DNA from: an uncultured bacterium
GTDB taxonomy: Bacteria > Babelota > Babeliae > Babelales > JABCYS01
NCBI GenBank assembly: GCA_963705705.1
Contig: CAVPKK010000007.1
Coordinates: forward strand, 64,001-128,000
Length of the DNA: 64,000 bases
Direction: 5' to 3'
Positions 1 to 10,092 of the stretch are shown here, one piece after another (within the stretch, counting starts at the first letter, position 1; the number at the start of each line of letters is the position of its first letter). The position numbers and the translations under genes are program-made. A model generated the notes under the pieces. That model was not told where the DNA came from. It did no database searches and saw only the letters and a program-made list of their open reading frames with translations.

Positions 1-88
1 TACAGGTATACGTATGTGCCTATATGTTTTAATCGTGTTTTATTCAGGACTATCCCACGAATTTCATAATTGCTTTAGATTGACATGA

Positions 89-125
89 CCGCGCTCATCC
101 TGAGTTAATCGAAGGATATAGCGCG
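89..125 (+). repeat. REP-like palindromic element (CGCTCATCCTGAG-N-TCGAAGGAT-N-AGCG family)
   Basis: ccgcgctcatcctgagttaatcgaaggatatagcgcg; imperfect hairpin, near-identical to copies at 48236 and 55208. Confidence 0.85.
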
Positions 126-1066
126 AAATAGATTCTTGTATTGATATCGCCTATAAGGTTATTGCCCGATATAAGCTATCGCCCTTCTATCTATCTCTAT
201 ATATAGGTTAGGGTATCACCCTTCTCATATATACCTTTATATATCTTCTCTTATTTTTACTCTTTTTATAAATGCTTCGGCAGCCAATGCGCACGGAGGC
301 GAAGCCGACGAAAGGTCACGCGGAGGCCTGTCCCCGAAGGGCCGAGGCCCATCGGGACGAAGGTCACCCGAAGCCAATAAGTCATCCATAATCTCAGCGA
401 CTCAAAAGGCGGAGGGGGAGACAAGAGGCGGAGCGAGGAAGCGGCGGGGAGACGGAGTGAGGAAATCCCGGGGCGCCGCGCGGCGGGACAGAGCCAGCGC
501 CAACTAATAATAAATATATCATAAAATCCATAACCGCCCTGCCCCAAATATACACGCCAAAATAAGCCCACATGAAATCACACGTGGCAAACTGACAAAG
601 ATAACGATCAGCAAGGCACTCAATTCAATATCACCCAACCTAATAACAACCACCCGCCATGAACGATGCAAACTACCACGATCAAAAAGCTAACCAATCA
701 CACCCCACAAAACGCGTTATCAGAAATATATATAAGGAAGGAAAACACCATGCGACAGATTATCGCCTATTTAAATAAGCAATCTGCGCCCAAACCCACA
801 TAATGAAATGTTGCAAATATATTATGCGGACCCGCAGCACCGCCCCGCCCATTGAACTGGAATGGGTGTATATGCGTTATCAGAAATATAATAATTTGAA
901 TAAGAGATATCGGCGACAATAAGCACTTCGTTAATTTACGGCCTGAGAGATCAAGCTCATTATTAATATGACATCGACAAGCACAACTCGCACCCTTCTT
1001 CCCGTTTAAGGATTAATCCCTACGTGGCGCATGAGTAGTAATTGATAAGCGCGAATCAGAAGTAAA

Positions 1067-1360
1067 TTAAGATTTTCCCAGAGCAGCAATTTGCTTAGCC
1101 ATCTCTTGCTGAGTTGTATCCATTTTCTGAGAAAGATCAGTCACGATTTTAGTAGCAGCACTAATAGCGGTTTGCACCGCAGTCATTTTCTGCTGAACCG
1201 CAGGCTCAGTGAGACTAGTTGATTGCAGTAATTGGCCAACAAATGTAGATATAGGATCGGCTAACTGTTGAATTGCATCATTAGCTTGTTTTAAAAGACC
1301 TTCATAACGATCGTCCATTTGTTTTGAAAGCGTAAGATACTGATCCATAACCGTTTTCAT
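1067..1360 (-). CDS. Coiled-coil hypothetical protein, possibly the frameshifted C-terminal half of 1357..1728
   Basis: Gln/Ala/Lys-rich heptad pattern, no signal peptide, 4-bp overlap at an A-run with the upstream ORF. Confidence 0.55.
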   Translation of the reverse strand: MKTVMDQYLTLSKQMDDRYEGLLKQANDAIQQLADPISTFVGQLLQSTSLTEPAVQQKMTAVQTAISAATKIVTDLSQKMDTTQQEMAKQIAALGKS

Positions 1361-1728
1361 TTTGCTTGAAAATCTTTTTGCGCCTGTGCCATTACGCTTG
1401 CTTGATTCACCGCTGCCATCTTTGTTTTTACAACATTTTCGATGTCGCTCACGCTCTTTTGCCTAATAGCGTTTATCTGATCATCAAAATTCTTTTTAGC
1501 CGTTGCAATGGCTTGGTCAGCATCCGCCTGAATCTTTTTTATTTGGTCATTTGCTGCTTGGGTTGCTGCTAAGATCTGCTTATTAATCATGTCCAGCTCT
1601 TTATTGACCTCAGTTTGTAAAGAACTAGCTTTATCTTGCAATTGCTTTGCTACCGTGGAACAATCATCACCAAAAGCCAGTCGCGTTATAGCTAATATAA
1701 GCATTGCTACTATTATTCTTCTTTTCAT
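1357..1728 (-). CDS. Secreted coiled-coil protein
   Basis: MKRRIIVAMLILAITRLAFG signal-like N-terminus, helical Q/K/A-rich body. Confidence 0.7.
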   Translation of the reverse strand: MKRRIIVAMLILAITRLAFGDDCSTVAKQLQDKASSLQTEVNKELDMINKQILAATQAANDQIKKIQADADQAIATAKKNFDDQINAIRQKSVSDIENVVKTKMAAVNQASVMAQAQKDFQAK

Positions 1729-2738
1729 TATACCCCCTGAGTCAGTTGTTGTAGCCGAGATACCACTTCTTGAACTCGTGGATCTTTTACACTCTTCACT
1801 TGCGGAATAATATTCAGCGCCCCATTTACCGTGGTAATTAATTGCTGCAGCTTATCAATTGATGCTTTTACCTGTCGCTGATTTTTCTGATTTTTATCTG
1901 TTAACGATTGCGCATTTGTTTGTTGTGTTTTTTGTAACGCTGCTTGCAGATCATCCTGCATCTTTTTCAATGGAGCAGCATAGCTCTGCTGAGCAGCCTT
2001 CACCTTCTCATCCAAATCCTTTTCATTCTGTGCCAAATTTTGCGCAGTTCAGTTTTTACTTTTTCAAGCTGCGCTTTAAATGATTCGTTTACCGTAGCAA
2101 TTTGCTTATCGCTTTTACCCTTAGCATCAGCCGTTTGTCTATTTAAATCTTGTTGCAGATCAGTGATCTTCTTTCTTGCATCATCCAATGATTTATTAAT
2201 TTGCAAAATAGCTGCATGAGCTTTCGCTTCCTCTTCCGGGCATGGAGGGATAGTTTCGACTGGCGCTGCGCATATTAATTTTAATTGATCAACCAAATCT
2301 GCCTGAGCGGCCTCCAAATCCAACTATTTTCTCGCCTCGGGGACATTTTAATGTAACAGGCTCTCCCTTATCGCCTCCCGCGTTGCCCACACCATTACCA
2401 GCTGCATCTAAAGGATTGATCATATAAACAAATTCGCCCGCCTTTATGTATATTCCTGAAAATCCCAGCGGGTTTTTGAAACTATAGGGATCACCGCCGC
2501 CGCCACCCATCGTTCCCAAATCCTGATCACTGCATTTCATACCAATTTGATCAATGTTTGCAGCGCCCCGCCCGTATATCTCAGTTACAAAACCTTTTGT
2601 ACAAGCGCGCGCTTGCACTGGATCGCCACCGCTGCCACCAGCAGGTCCAACTACTGTGAGGCCATAACTTATTTGGGATGTACCAAATAAGGCTACAGCA
2701 AGAAATATTCGAGCAACTACATTCATCTTCATTTCCAT
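1728..2738 (-). pseudogene. Secreted jacalin-like (beta-prism) lectin plus coiled-coil protein, split by two compensating frameshifts (ORFs 2289..2738, 2000..2323, 1728..2036)
   Basis: Three GGxGG-led repeats (GGSGGDP, GGGGGDP, GGDKGEP); third repeat IVGFGGRSG continues as DLVDQLKLIC in the next frame; first and last pieces are in the same frame. Confidence 0.7.
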
Positions 2739-2748
2739 CCTTTTATTT

Positions 2749-3135
2749 CTATCGTATTGGCCATGCGCCAGCAGAAGTAGTTTCAGGTTTTGTAGGTGTT
2801 TCTTGTTGTCGTGCTTGAATTGCCTCTTCTTCTAATTTTGTAACCTGCGCTTTTTGCGCTTGTTCGGCTGTTTGTTTCACCACTTCTTGCGCTGCAGCTA
2901 CTTGTTGCGCAATAGAAGCAATAGCTTTTGCAGTGGCTACTTCTGCAGGATTAGTTGAAACCTCAGCCTGCTGTTGCGCAAGCTTTTTTGCTTCCTGAGT
3001 TAACGCAATTGCTTTCTTTTGTGCCTGTTCGGCCTCTTTCAATTTAATTTGATAATCACGTTGCTTTAAATTGATTTGGGCCGCTAATGGCATTGCCATC
3101 AAAAAACTGATTGCATAGATATACTGCTTATACAT
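2749..3135 (-). CDS. Secreted Ala/Gln-rich coiled-coil protein
   Basis: Start MYKQYIYAISFLMAMPLAA after an AGGAGAG RBS; helical composition. Confidence 0.7.
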   Translation of the reverse strand: MYKQYIYAISFLMAMPLAAQINLKQRDYQIKLKEAEQAQKKAIALTQEAKKLAQQQAEVSTNPAEVATAKAIASIAQQVAAAQEVVKQTAEQAQKAQVTKLEEEAIQARQQETPTKPETTSAGAWPIR

Positions 3136-3164
3136 GTTGTTCTCTCCTATAATTAAAATATCTT

Positions 3165-6100
3165 TTACCAATTTGTTGGGTTAAATGCATGTCCAACTGC
3201 ATCTCCAGCTTGTTCAAGACCATGTCCCACTGTACCTGCAGCCCCTGCCGCCCAATTTGCTGCCGCCTCTCCAGCATGCTCAATGGCATGGCCAGCTTCT
3301 TGTGCCGCATCGCCAATTTTATTCACCGCATCTTTTGCAACATCACCAACGGCATTCACTGCAGTTTTTGCTGCATCGCCGACGGTGTTCACTGCTTTAG
3401 TTGCTGTTGATGCTACCGCATTGGCCGCATCTTCAGCGCCATGTGCAATGGTATTTGATGTATCTTTGACGCCATTAATGGCTGTCTCTCCTGCATTTTT
3501 AACCGCATTTGCAGCGACTTCCCCCGCATGTGCAACTTCTTCGGCTGCATATTGAACAGCACGAGCTGCCGATAGTGCGCCATCCTTAATGGCATTAATA
3601 GCATCCTTGGCACGATCATATGCCCTCTCTGCTTCTTCCTTAATGGCATTAACCGCTGGCTTGATTGCTTTATCAAAAATAGTTTCACCAATCATCTGAA
3701 AGAATTTGCCAGCATCATTTGGCGATGGCATGTTAATATTCAGCGACCAATCATAATCTTTGCTTAATACTTTTAATCCTAATTCAACGGTAACCGGCGG
3801 CCCGCCAGGCACTACCGATTTTGCCGCACCGGCGATCGAAAGTGATTCCATCTGGAAAGTGCCCAATACTTTATCGGAAAGAACATCTACTGCTTTGGTC
3901 AATCCTTTGATTGTTTCCTCAAAGCCGCGCACTGTTTGTTTTGCAATTTCCATTGGCGCTTTACAGATATCCGATGCAACAGGAATATCGCCGCATTTAT
4001 TTTCAGCATCATTCAATGCGCTATTGGCCTTATCGGTGAAGGCTGATATCTCACGCTTAGCAACATTTAAGTTATCAAGAATAGGACCACGCACGAGATT
4101 TTGGATGTCAGGTGCACTCATGCTCCAATTGAATGTTGAATCTTCTACGTGCGGAAGCGGGATTTTTGCGCCAACCTTGGTCGAAATTCCAAATAAAATT
4201 GATTCAGCTGCATATGCTAATCCTTGCGGTGAGATCGTCATATCGGTTTTCGATTTCATAAAGCCGGCAAAATTTATTAATCCATCAATACGAAATTCTT
4301 GTTTTGATCTTGAAATCTCACCATGTATGTATGGTGCTTCATTCTCATTATCCGCTGCAGTGATTTGGAAAATAGGCCCAAGCTTAATTGGCGCCGCTAG
4401 TCGACCATCAAATACCATGCGCGTGCCCAATGGATCTATCGCAACTTCCATGTTACCGCCGGTCAGAGGAGGCAGGCCTGGCAGTTCAAAATCAAGAGAA
4501 CCTTTGAGTGTGATGCCTGGCATGATCGTTTCACCCGTTGGTTTGGTTACTGGCAGGATGGCCCATTTACCAGTGACATCCCGCATACATATAAGAGTGC
4601 TTGGTAAGTTTAAATTTATGCCACTCACCTTACTTGCAGCCATGGCAGCTAGTTTGTATTGCATTGATATCATGTCGGTCAGGCATAATTTTTTGATATT
4701 AAAATCAACTGCAGAACTCTGCGGCGCGCCAATATTAATATCTACAAACCCGGTAACATCCATGTCACCCATTTTAAAGTGACCATTCAAACCAAAGCCA
4801 GAGAGTTCGCCAGCCGCGAAATTAATTTTTAGATAGGGATCATCGAGCTCGATAGGAAATCCGAGTGGATGATTAATAGCACCGCCCTTTATGCCGCCTT
4901 CGAATGCAAAGTTGCCCGGGCCTTCCTCGGTATTTACTGAAAGCATCACTTCGCGCGGTGACATACCAGGTAGAGTTACTTCACCATTAAAATCAAATGC
5001 CAATTTAGGAAATGGCAGTGCGCCTTTGAGATCAAAGTCTAAACTTGTCAGCTTTAAAAGATTGGCGATGCCTGCATTGATTAGCTTTGCAAATTTTATA
5101 TCAAAGTTCAGCGGATTGGTCAGCGGGATAATGATGTTTGGTTTAAGGCCACTCGTAACGCCCAATTTGTCGAGCACGTCGCCAACAATACCAGAAACAG
5201 TCATATCTTCAGCAGAAATAGTAAGTGTAGGTTTCTCTCCGCTAATATTGGCCGCCACTTTTACATGATTCATTTTAAGCGACATCAATTTCTCAACTGG
5301 CGTAAATGCATCTTTAAGTGGCGAAGGCATTTTGCTAATCCAGTCATTCAGATCTAGGGTCCCCAAATCGGCGCCAAGGCTGCCCGTGAATCCTTTTGGC
5401 CCTTTGGTAAGATCGGCCTGCAGGGTTAAACCAAATAAGTCTGCATCACCTACAATTTCAAATTTTTTAGTTTTTTGATTGTAGAGCGCGTGCAAATTAT
5501 TTAATGTAATATCGCCGGGCAAGGTTAAATTTTTGGCATCTGCTTCAATCGTCACACCTTTAGGGAAAATAACTTTACCTTCTTTGTAATCACGGCTCAG
5601 GTACATAACTTTGAAATTCGTTAAACCAAATTCGGTTGCGGCGGCAGTAAGATCTGAAGGCAATTTATCGGGCTCGATTGTTCCCGTTAATCGAATGATA
5701 TTTCCGCCCTTTGGCTTCAGCACTTCCAATTGCGTGGTAATCGGTCCGAAACCAACGTCGATAATAAAATTAGCGGTTGTTTTTTTTGGCGTCTTTATAA
5801 TATCGGCTTTAGCGTTGATCCCCACAACATTCGCATCACCGCTGAATTCCCATTTTTGCGGCTCTTTCTTAATTTTTGGCGTATATGCGGCATGGATATT
5901 TTTTATATGCACTTGGCCATCAGCTACCGATACTTCCTGCTTTACATCACCTGATAAGGTATATGCGGTACCTTTTTTTGTGCCGGCAAGATTTGCTGAA
6001 AGTTCTACCGTGAGATCGCCAATATCAGGCACCGATACAATGGTGGTACCAGTAATGGTAATAGTTGATGGTTTCTTTTTTGGAAAGTTTCCAACTAGTT

Positions 6101-7121
6101 TTGCTTCTTTGATTTCGCCGAAATCGGGTATCTTGATGCCACTCAATGTTGCTGTGAGTGTTCGGCCCTTGTCTTTATTTATTTCGATCTCGACTGCAAC
6201 ACCACGAGTTTCTTCTGATGAACCCCCAAGCAAGCTTCCTAAATCAGCGGTTGCGCTGATTTTATAGGTCGATGCTTTTCCTTTAGTAGCTCCGAGCGAT
6301 TCTAGTTTTATATCGGTTAGTGCAATATCGCCCAGTGGCGTGTCCGCGGCTGGGTGGATAAGCTCACCGATAGTAATCGATGGCAATGTTGCCGCAATAT
6401 TGCTTACGCCCTTTTTCACTTTGGTGTAATCGATTTGGAATTGCTTGCCAGCAATGGTAGTAAACAATGTAAAGATTGTCGGCTTTTTACCCTTCGACAT
6501 GGTGATATCAACTTCATCTAGGCGAAGAATCATGCCAGGAATAACCGAGATCGTTGGCTTGGCAATAAATTCAACGCTGAGGGTCAATGCCTTATTTTCG
6601 TAATCAAGGTTTTTGATACCGATGCGTGCTTTTTTTCCAAATAGATCGCCACGGGCAGTCAGGCCGAGCTTGCCCTCTTTATATAAGAATTGCGCATAAT
6701 CAAAGGTTAATGGGCCAATGATGAGTTTGCGATTTTCGTCTGCGATTTCTGCAACCATATTGCCTTGTGCATCTTGGGTAAATCCAATTCTTCCAATAAC
6801 CGGAAATTCCTGCACCATGGCATATTTGCTATCAGGTGGAAAAAGCTTATCTAATTCCGAAAGATCATCAGGCATATCGCCTACATCTGCTGCTATATCT
6901 GAACCATCAAGAGCGCCAGAAACATCCAAATCACCTGTGTTGCCCATTTGCTGTGCCTGCGCATCGGCGGCAGCTGCATCTTGGATGGCAGCCTTATCCC
7001 AAGCTGCAATCGCTTGTTGATTCATCGCAGGAGCTAAAGGCGCAGCTTGCTGAGCTTCAATGGCATGAATGCCTAAGCTAAATGCGATCGTATATAAGAG
7101 ATGACGTATAAACTTCATCAC
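3165..7121 (-). CDS. Large (1318 aa) secreted beta-rich protein with C-terminal amphipathic ~11-residue Ala/Gly repeats
   Basis: Signal peptide, long alternating-hydrophobic strand region, C-terminal AVNAVGDVAKD-type repeats ending FNPTNW. Confidence 0.85.
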   Translation of the reverse strand: MMKFIRHLLYTIAFSLGIHAIEAQQAAPLAPAMNQQAIAAWDKAAIQDAAAADAQAQQMGNTGDLDVSGALDGSDIAADVGDMPDDLSELDKLFPPDSKYAMVQEFPVIGRIGFTQDAQGNMVAEIADENRKLIIGPLTFDYAQFLYKEGKLGLTARGDLFGKKARIGIKNLDYENKALTLSVEFIAKPTISVIPGMILRLDEVDITMSKGKKPTIFTLFTTIAGKQFQIDYTKVKKGVSNIAATLPSITIGELIHPAADTPLGDIALTDIKLESLGATKGKASTYKISATADLGSLLGGSSEETRGVAVEIEINKDKGRTLTATLSGIKIPDFGEIKEAKLVGNFPKKKPSTITITGTTIVSVPDIGDLTVELSANLAGTKKGTAYTLSGDVKQEVSVADGQVHIKNIHAAYTPKIKKEPQKWEFSGDANVVGINAKADIIKTPKKTTANFIIDVGFGPITTQLEVLKPKGGNIIRLTGTIEPDKLPSDLTAAATEFGLTNFKVMYLSRDYKEGKVIFPKGVTIEADAKNLTLPGDITLNNLHALYNQKTKKFEIVGDADLFGLTLQADLTKGPKGFTGSLGADLGTLDLNDWISKMPSPLKDAFTPVEKLMSLKMNHVKVAANISGEKPTLTISAEDMTVSGIVGDVLDKLGVTSGLKPNIIIPLTNPLNFDIKFAKLINAGIANLLKLTSLDFDLKGALPFPKLAFDFNGEVTLPGMSPREVMLSVNTEEGPGNFAFEGGIKGGAINHPLGFPIELDDPYLKINFAAGELSGFGLNGHFKMGDMDVTGFVDINIGAPQSSAVDFNIKKLCLTDMISMQYKLAAMAASKVSGINLNLPSTLICMRDVTGKWAILPVTKPTGETIMPGITLKGSLDFELPGLPPLTGGNMEVAIDPLGTRMVFDGRLAAPIKLGPIFQITAADNENEAPYIHGEISRSKQEFRIDGLINFAGFMKSKTDMTISPQGLAYAAESILFGISTKVGAKIPLPHVEDSTFNWSMSAPDIQNLVRGPILDNLNVAKREISAFTDKANSALNDAENKCGDIPVASDICKAPMEIAKQTVRGFEETIKGLTKAVDVLSDKVLGTFQMESLSIAGAAKSVVPGGPPVTVELGLKVLSKDYDWSLNINMPSPNDAGKFFQMIGETIFDKAIKPAVNAIKEEAERAYDRAKDAINAIKDGALSAARAVQYAAEEVAHAGEVAANAVKNAGETAINGVKDTSNTIAHGAEDAANAVASTATKAVNTVGDAAKTAVNAVGDVAKDAVNKIGDAAQEAGHAIEHAGEAAANWAAGAAGTVGHGLEQAGDAVGHAFNPTNW

Positions 7122-7157
7122 ACAACTCTTTTTTAAAAAAATAAATTTTACATACTG

Positions 7158-7192
7158 AAACTAACAGGATGGGGATAGAAAGCACAAGAGTT
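7158..7192 (-). promoter_or_regulatory. Sigma70-like promoter TTGTGC-N18-TAGTTT for the 1318-aa gene cluster
   Basis: Minus strand aactcTTGTGCtttctatccccatcctgtTAGTTT; same geometry as many other sites in the window. Confidence 0.55.
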
Positions 7193-7263
7193 GCGTTGAA
7201 TAAAGGGAATAATCGATTGGTAAAAAAGAAGCGATTGAAAAATATTTTTTAAGATTATGAAAT

Positions 7264-7300
7264 AACAAAGCCCACATACTATAAGCATGCGGGCTTTGTT
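7264..7300. terminator. Stem-loop, probable terminator of 7336..7809
   Basis: aacaaagccc...gggctttgtt inverted repeat. Confidence 0.6.
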
Positions 7301-7335
7301 TATGAAAGCAAAATTATGAGGTTGCCACTTACTAT

Positions 7336-7809
7336 CTATTCAGCTGCTGCGGGGAATGGCTTGTTCGTTATTGACTCTATCAACGCGGCTTTACCCTCCT
7401 GGGTCAATCCCGGCTTATTCAGTAGCATCTGAGCAAATCCAGGCGGAAACCCCTCCCGCGCAAGCTCATGAACTTGGTTAGGATTGGCGTTTACCAAACC
7501 CACAATCTGAGAAAAGTTATTATGCTGCGTAGCAAGTAACATCGCTTTTTTTGCATTGGTACGCGTAGCTGGTGAAAGCGGAATTCGTTTCATTGGCGTA
7601 CGTACTGCCGCGACCGGCGCATTTGGATGCGTTGATTGCATAGCCGGTTTACCTACTGCGGGATGTGCTGCGGCTGCTGGTTTTGGCATAGCTACCGGCT
7701 TGTTTAAAACTGGTTTTTTATGGATTATTTGTTTTCTCATTTCTGCAGCATTAAGCATTGCAATTGGCAAGAGCATGCCTAAAGTTAGAGCGATTTTTTG
7801 TCGGACCAT
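7336..7809 (-). CDS. Secreted hypothetical protein, Pro/Ala/Lys-rich N-half
   Basis: Signal-like N-terminus ending LNA; open ORF. Confidence 0.7.
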   Translation of the reverse strand: MVRQKIALTLGMLLPIAMLNAAEMRKQIIHKKPVLNKPVAMPKPAAAAHPAVGKPAMQSTHPNAPVAAVRTPMKRIPLSPATRTNAKKAMLLATQHNNFSQIVGLVNANPNQVHELAREGFPPGFAQMLLNKPGLTQEGKAALIESITNKPFPAAAE

Positions 7810-7922
7810 GAGATTTCCTTTTTTATAAAAACAATTGAATATACAGATACTATTTGTCCACTCATGGACTCAGTTTACCCGTGATCGACACCATAAAGTC
7901 AATATTTGGAGATTCTTTAAGA

Positions 7923-8939
7923 TTATGATTTCTTTTGTGCTGACGGATGAGTTGATGTTAGAATCAGCTCAGGCCAATAAACCCACGGCTGCTTGCGATA
8001 ATAGACCGTAATCTCTTCGGGCCCAATAGTTAGCCACGAAATAGTGTATTCTTTAATCGAAGCCAAAATAGATTCAAATTTTTTTCGATCGATAACGCCG
8101 ACCTTATTAGCTAATCCGCGAACAAGTTCGGTAATATATTTTTTGGCCTCAGCAATCTTTATGCCCGGTTTAAATTTAAAACATAATGAATTGTGATCTG
8201 GCGTAAGCTTTTTCATGGTTTCACCTTCTTCCAGCATTGGACGCATAGCCTTGAACGCCGCAAGTTGTCGTTCGGAAAGTAGGCGCTCTAAAAAACCACG
8301 ATATCTGGGGAAGCTCACATATGATCGATGGGTAAATCGAGGCCTATCGTGCGATGTTTGACAAAGCACATTATCGCGCTTTGATCCTTCGATCCTTCGA
8401 GGGGCCTCAGGAGTGAACCCTTCGACAGTCATGTGAGTATCGAAGGCCTTTAGGTCTGAGCTTGTCGAAGACTCAGGATGAGCGCGTTTCAAGTCGTTCT
8501 TTGTATTTAACGTATCGGCGCATGGCGTCTCATACCATTCATATGAATTAATATTGCCAGCTACTTTTCCAAAATCAAAATAAGTCTTATAGCGATTTTG
8601 TGCCGGCTCTGCATTAGCTTCATATGCATAAAGGAGAGCACCTATTTCGCAGTTCTTAAAATTATCGCGCAGCTTTTGACGAATCTCTTTTTGTGGAATA
8701 AAAGCGAGGAGATCATCGATTTGTGATTGGTTTGTAATATCAATATAGGGCTTTGGGATTTGAATAGCATAGCGATCGGTCTGAATTCCCTTGGCCGAAA
8801 ATTTTACAGAATATTCGATGTTTATCGGATGTGAGATGTGCCACTTTTTATAAAAATCGGTCACAAATTGCTGAAGGTCAACCTGCGCAGCAAGAGGCAT
8901 TGAAATGAATACGAATATGAGCGATGAGCGATTGATCAT
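7923..8939 (-). CDS. Secreted hypothetical protein containing an in-frame composite palindromic repeat
   Basis: Signal ...MPLAA; peptide RAHPESS...RRIEGSKR is encoded by the repeat at 8375-8486. Confidence 0.75.
   Translation of the reverse strand: MINRSSLIFVFISMPLAAQVDLQQFVTDFYKKWHISHPINIEYSVKFSAKGIQTDRYAIQIPKPYIDITNQSQIDDLLAFIPQKEIRQKLRDNFKNCEIGALLYAYEANAEPAQNRYKTYFDFGKVAGNINSYEWYETPCADTLNTKNDLKRAHPESSTSSDLKAFDTHMTVEGFTPEAPRRIEGSKRDNVLCQTSHDRPRFTHRSYVSFPRYRGFLERLLSERQLAAFKAMRPMLEEGETMKKLTPDHNSLCFKFKPGIKIAEAKKYITELVRGLANKVGVIDRKKFESILASIKEYTISWLTIGPEEITVYYRKQPWVYWPELILTSTHPSAQKKS
8375..8486 (-). repeat. Composite/nested REP-like element inside a CDS
   Basis: Ends cgcgctttgatccttcga and actcaggatgagcgcg enclose further ccttcga / tcgaag / ctcag units. 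Confidence 0.8.
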
Positions 8940-9090
8940 AGGTACACCTCAATTTAAGAATACCATAGTGCATTTTAAGATCGCAAGATTAAATTCATAA
9001 AGGACAACTCTTGCAGATTTCGCCGGGTTTTCATTAGTATCTATATGAAATTAAATTTATTTCCAAAATAACAATATCAAAGGAAACATA

Positions 9091-9696
9091 ATGAAGATGA
9101 CAAAATATTTAGGCCTCTTGGCAATCATACTCGCAGCACAAACTGTTATGAAGGCTGATGATGACCAGTCTAATCCACCATACGGCACAATCAATTCGTC
9201 CGGGGGAATGTTTACAACAATAGGCTGGATATACCCAAGGGGTACGCCAGAGGGAGATTCAGCTCTGAGCTCAAATGCTGCCGCCGCCGCCCTGAGATCT
9301 CGGAAGGGCACTTCATCTGTGAAAAAGGCCGCGATGCCCGCCAGTACAGGGTCTATACAAAATGCAACAATCGGCGCAGTAGGTGCTGGGCATCCGGCAA
9401 TGATTGCTCACCCAGCAGCTCAAACTTCCCCGGCGCCGACCCAAACTCATCCAACCCCACTACAGGCTGCACAAACTGGAGCGCGTATTGGAGCAGGCAA
9501 ACCTGCTCTATCAGGTACCCCAGGCGGTACAGTACCTCATCCAACCCTACTGCAGACTGTACAAGCCGGGGCGCGTATTGGGGCAGGCCAACCAAAGCCA
9601 ACTGGCCACCCAGCACCAAAACCAATTTCTCACAAGGTGCCCCATGTCAAACAAATCAGGAAAACAACTCCTCGCCAACATACAGGAAACCAATAA
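9091..9696 (+). CDS. Secreted low-complexity protein with internal repeat
   Basis: MKMTKYLGLLAIILAAQ; HPTxLQxxQxGARIGAGxP occurs twice; ends HTGNQ. Confidence 0.75.
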   Translation: MKMTKYLGLLAIILAAQTVMKADDDQSNPPYGTINSSGGMFTTIGWIYPRGTPEGDSALSSNAAAAALRSRKGTSSVKKAAMPASTGSIQNATIGAVGAGHPAMIAHPAAQTSPAPTQTHPTPLQAAQTGARIGAGKPALSGTPGGTVPHPTLLQTVQAGARIGAGQPKPTGHPAPKPISHKVPHVKQIRKTTPRQHTGNQ

Positions 9697-9744
9697 CAGA
9701 TTGTTTTGTAGAATAATAGGATAATAATTCATCAAGGAATCGTA

Positions 9745-10092
9745 ATGAACATAACAAAATATTTAGGCCTTTTGGCAATTATACTTGCAGCGCAAAGTGA
9801 AATCAGAACTGTGTCGGACTCAAATTCAACAACTGATCAACTTGCTCGTAGTGCTTCTATGTTTGAGCAAAAAGCCAAATTTGCGGAAAGCCGAGGCGAT
9901 AAAGAGTCCGCCAATCAATTAAGATCTCTTGCAAAAAGAGACAGGCAAGAGGCTGCACTTGCCCGACAGCTTTTCTCACCTCGTACGCACGAAGTACAAT
10001 CAACTGGTCGCACTATTCATCAACCGATGCCAAAAACGCAGCGCAAACCAATTGGAAAAACAACTGGTCATCCGCATACGGGAAATCAATAA
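9745..10092 (+). CDS. Secreted protein, paralog of 9091..9696 at both termini
   Basis: MNITKYLGLLAIILAAQ ... KTTGHPHTGNQ. Confidence 0.75.
   Translation: MNITKYLGLLAIILAAQSEIRTVSDSNSTTDQLARSASMFEQKAKFAESRGDKESANQLRSLAKRDRQEAALARQLFSPRTHEVQSTGRTIHQPMPKTQRKPIGKTTGHPHTGNQ

Noticed and set aside
459..500. gaggaaatcccggggc resembling the RNase P RNA 5' motif
   Set aside because: Mismatches to GAGGAAAGTCC and no matching 3' motif (ACAGAA..CGGCTTA) downstream
266..571. 101-aa ORF
   Set aside because: No recognisable motif; overlaps degenerate repeat-like GC patch
804..832. dif-like site (minus strand ggtccgcataa-tatatt)
   Set aside because: Only the XerC-like arm matches; no TTATGTTAAAT-like XerD arm
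2030..2050. Programmed -1 frameshift at AAAATTT
   Set aside because: The heptamer is not in X XXY YYZ phase with the upstream frame
3760..6267. Long plus-strand ORFs (340, 125, 218 aa)
   Set aside because: Antisense shadows of the 1318-aa gene
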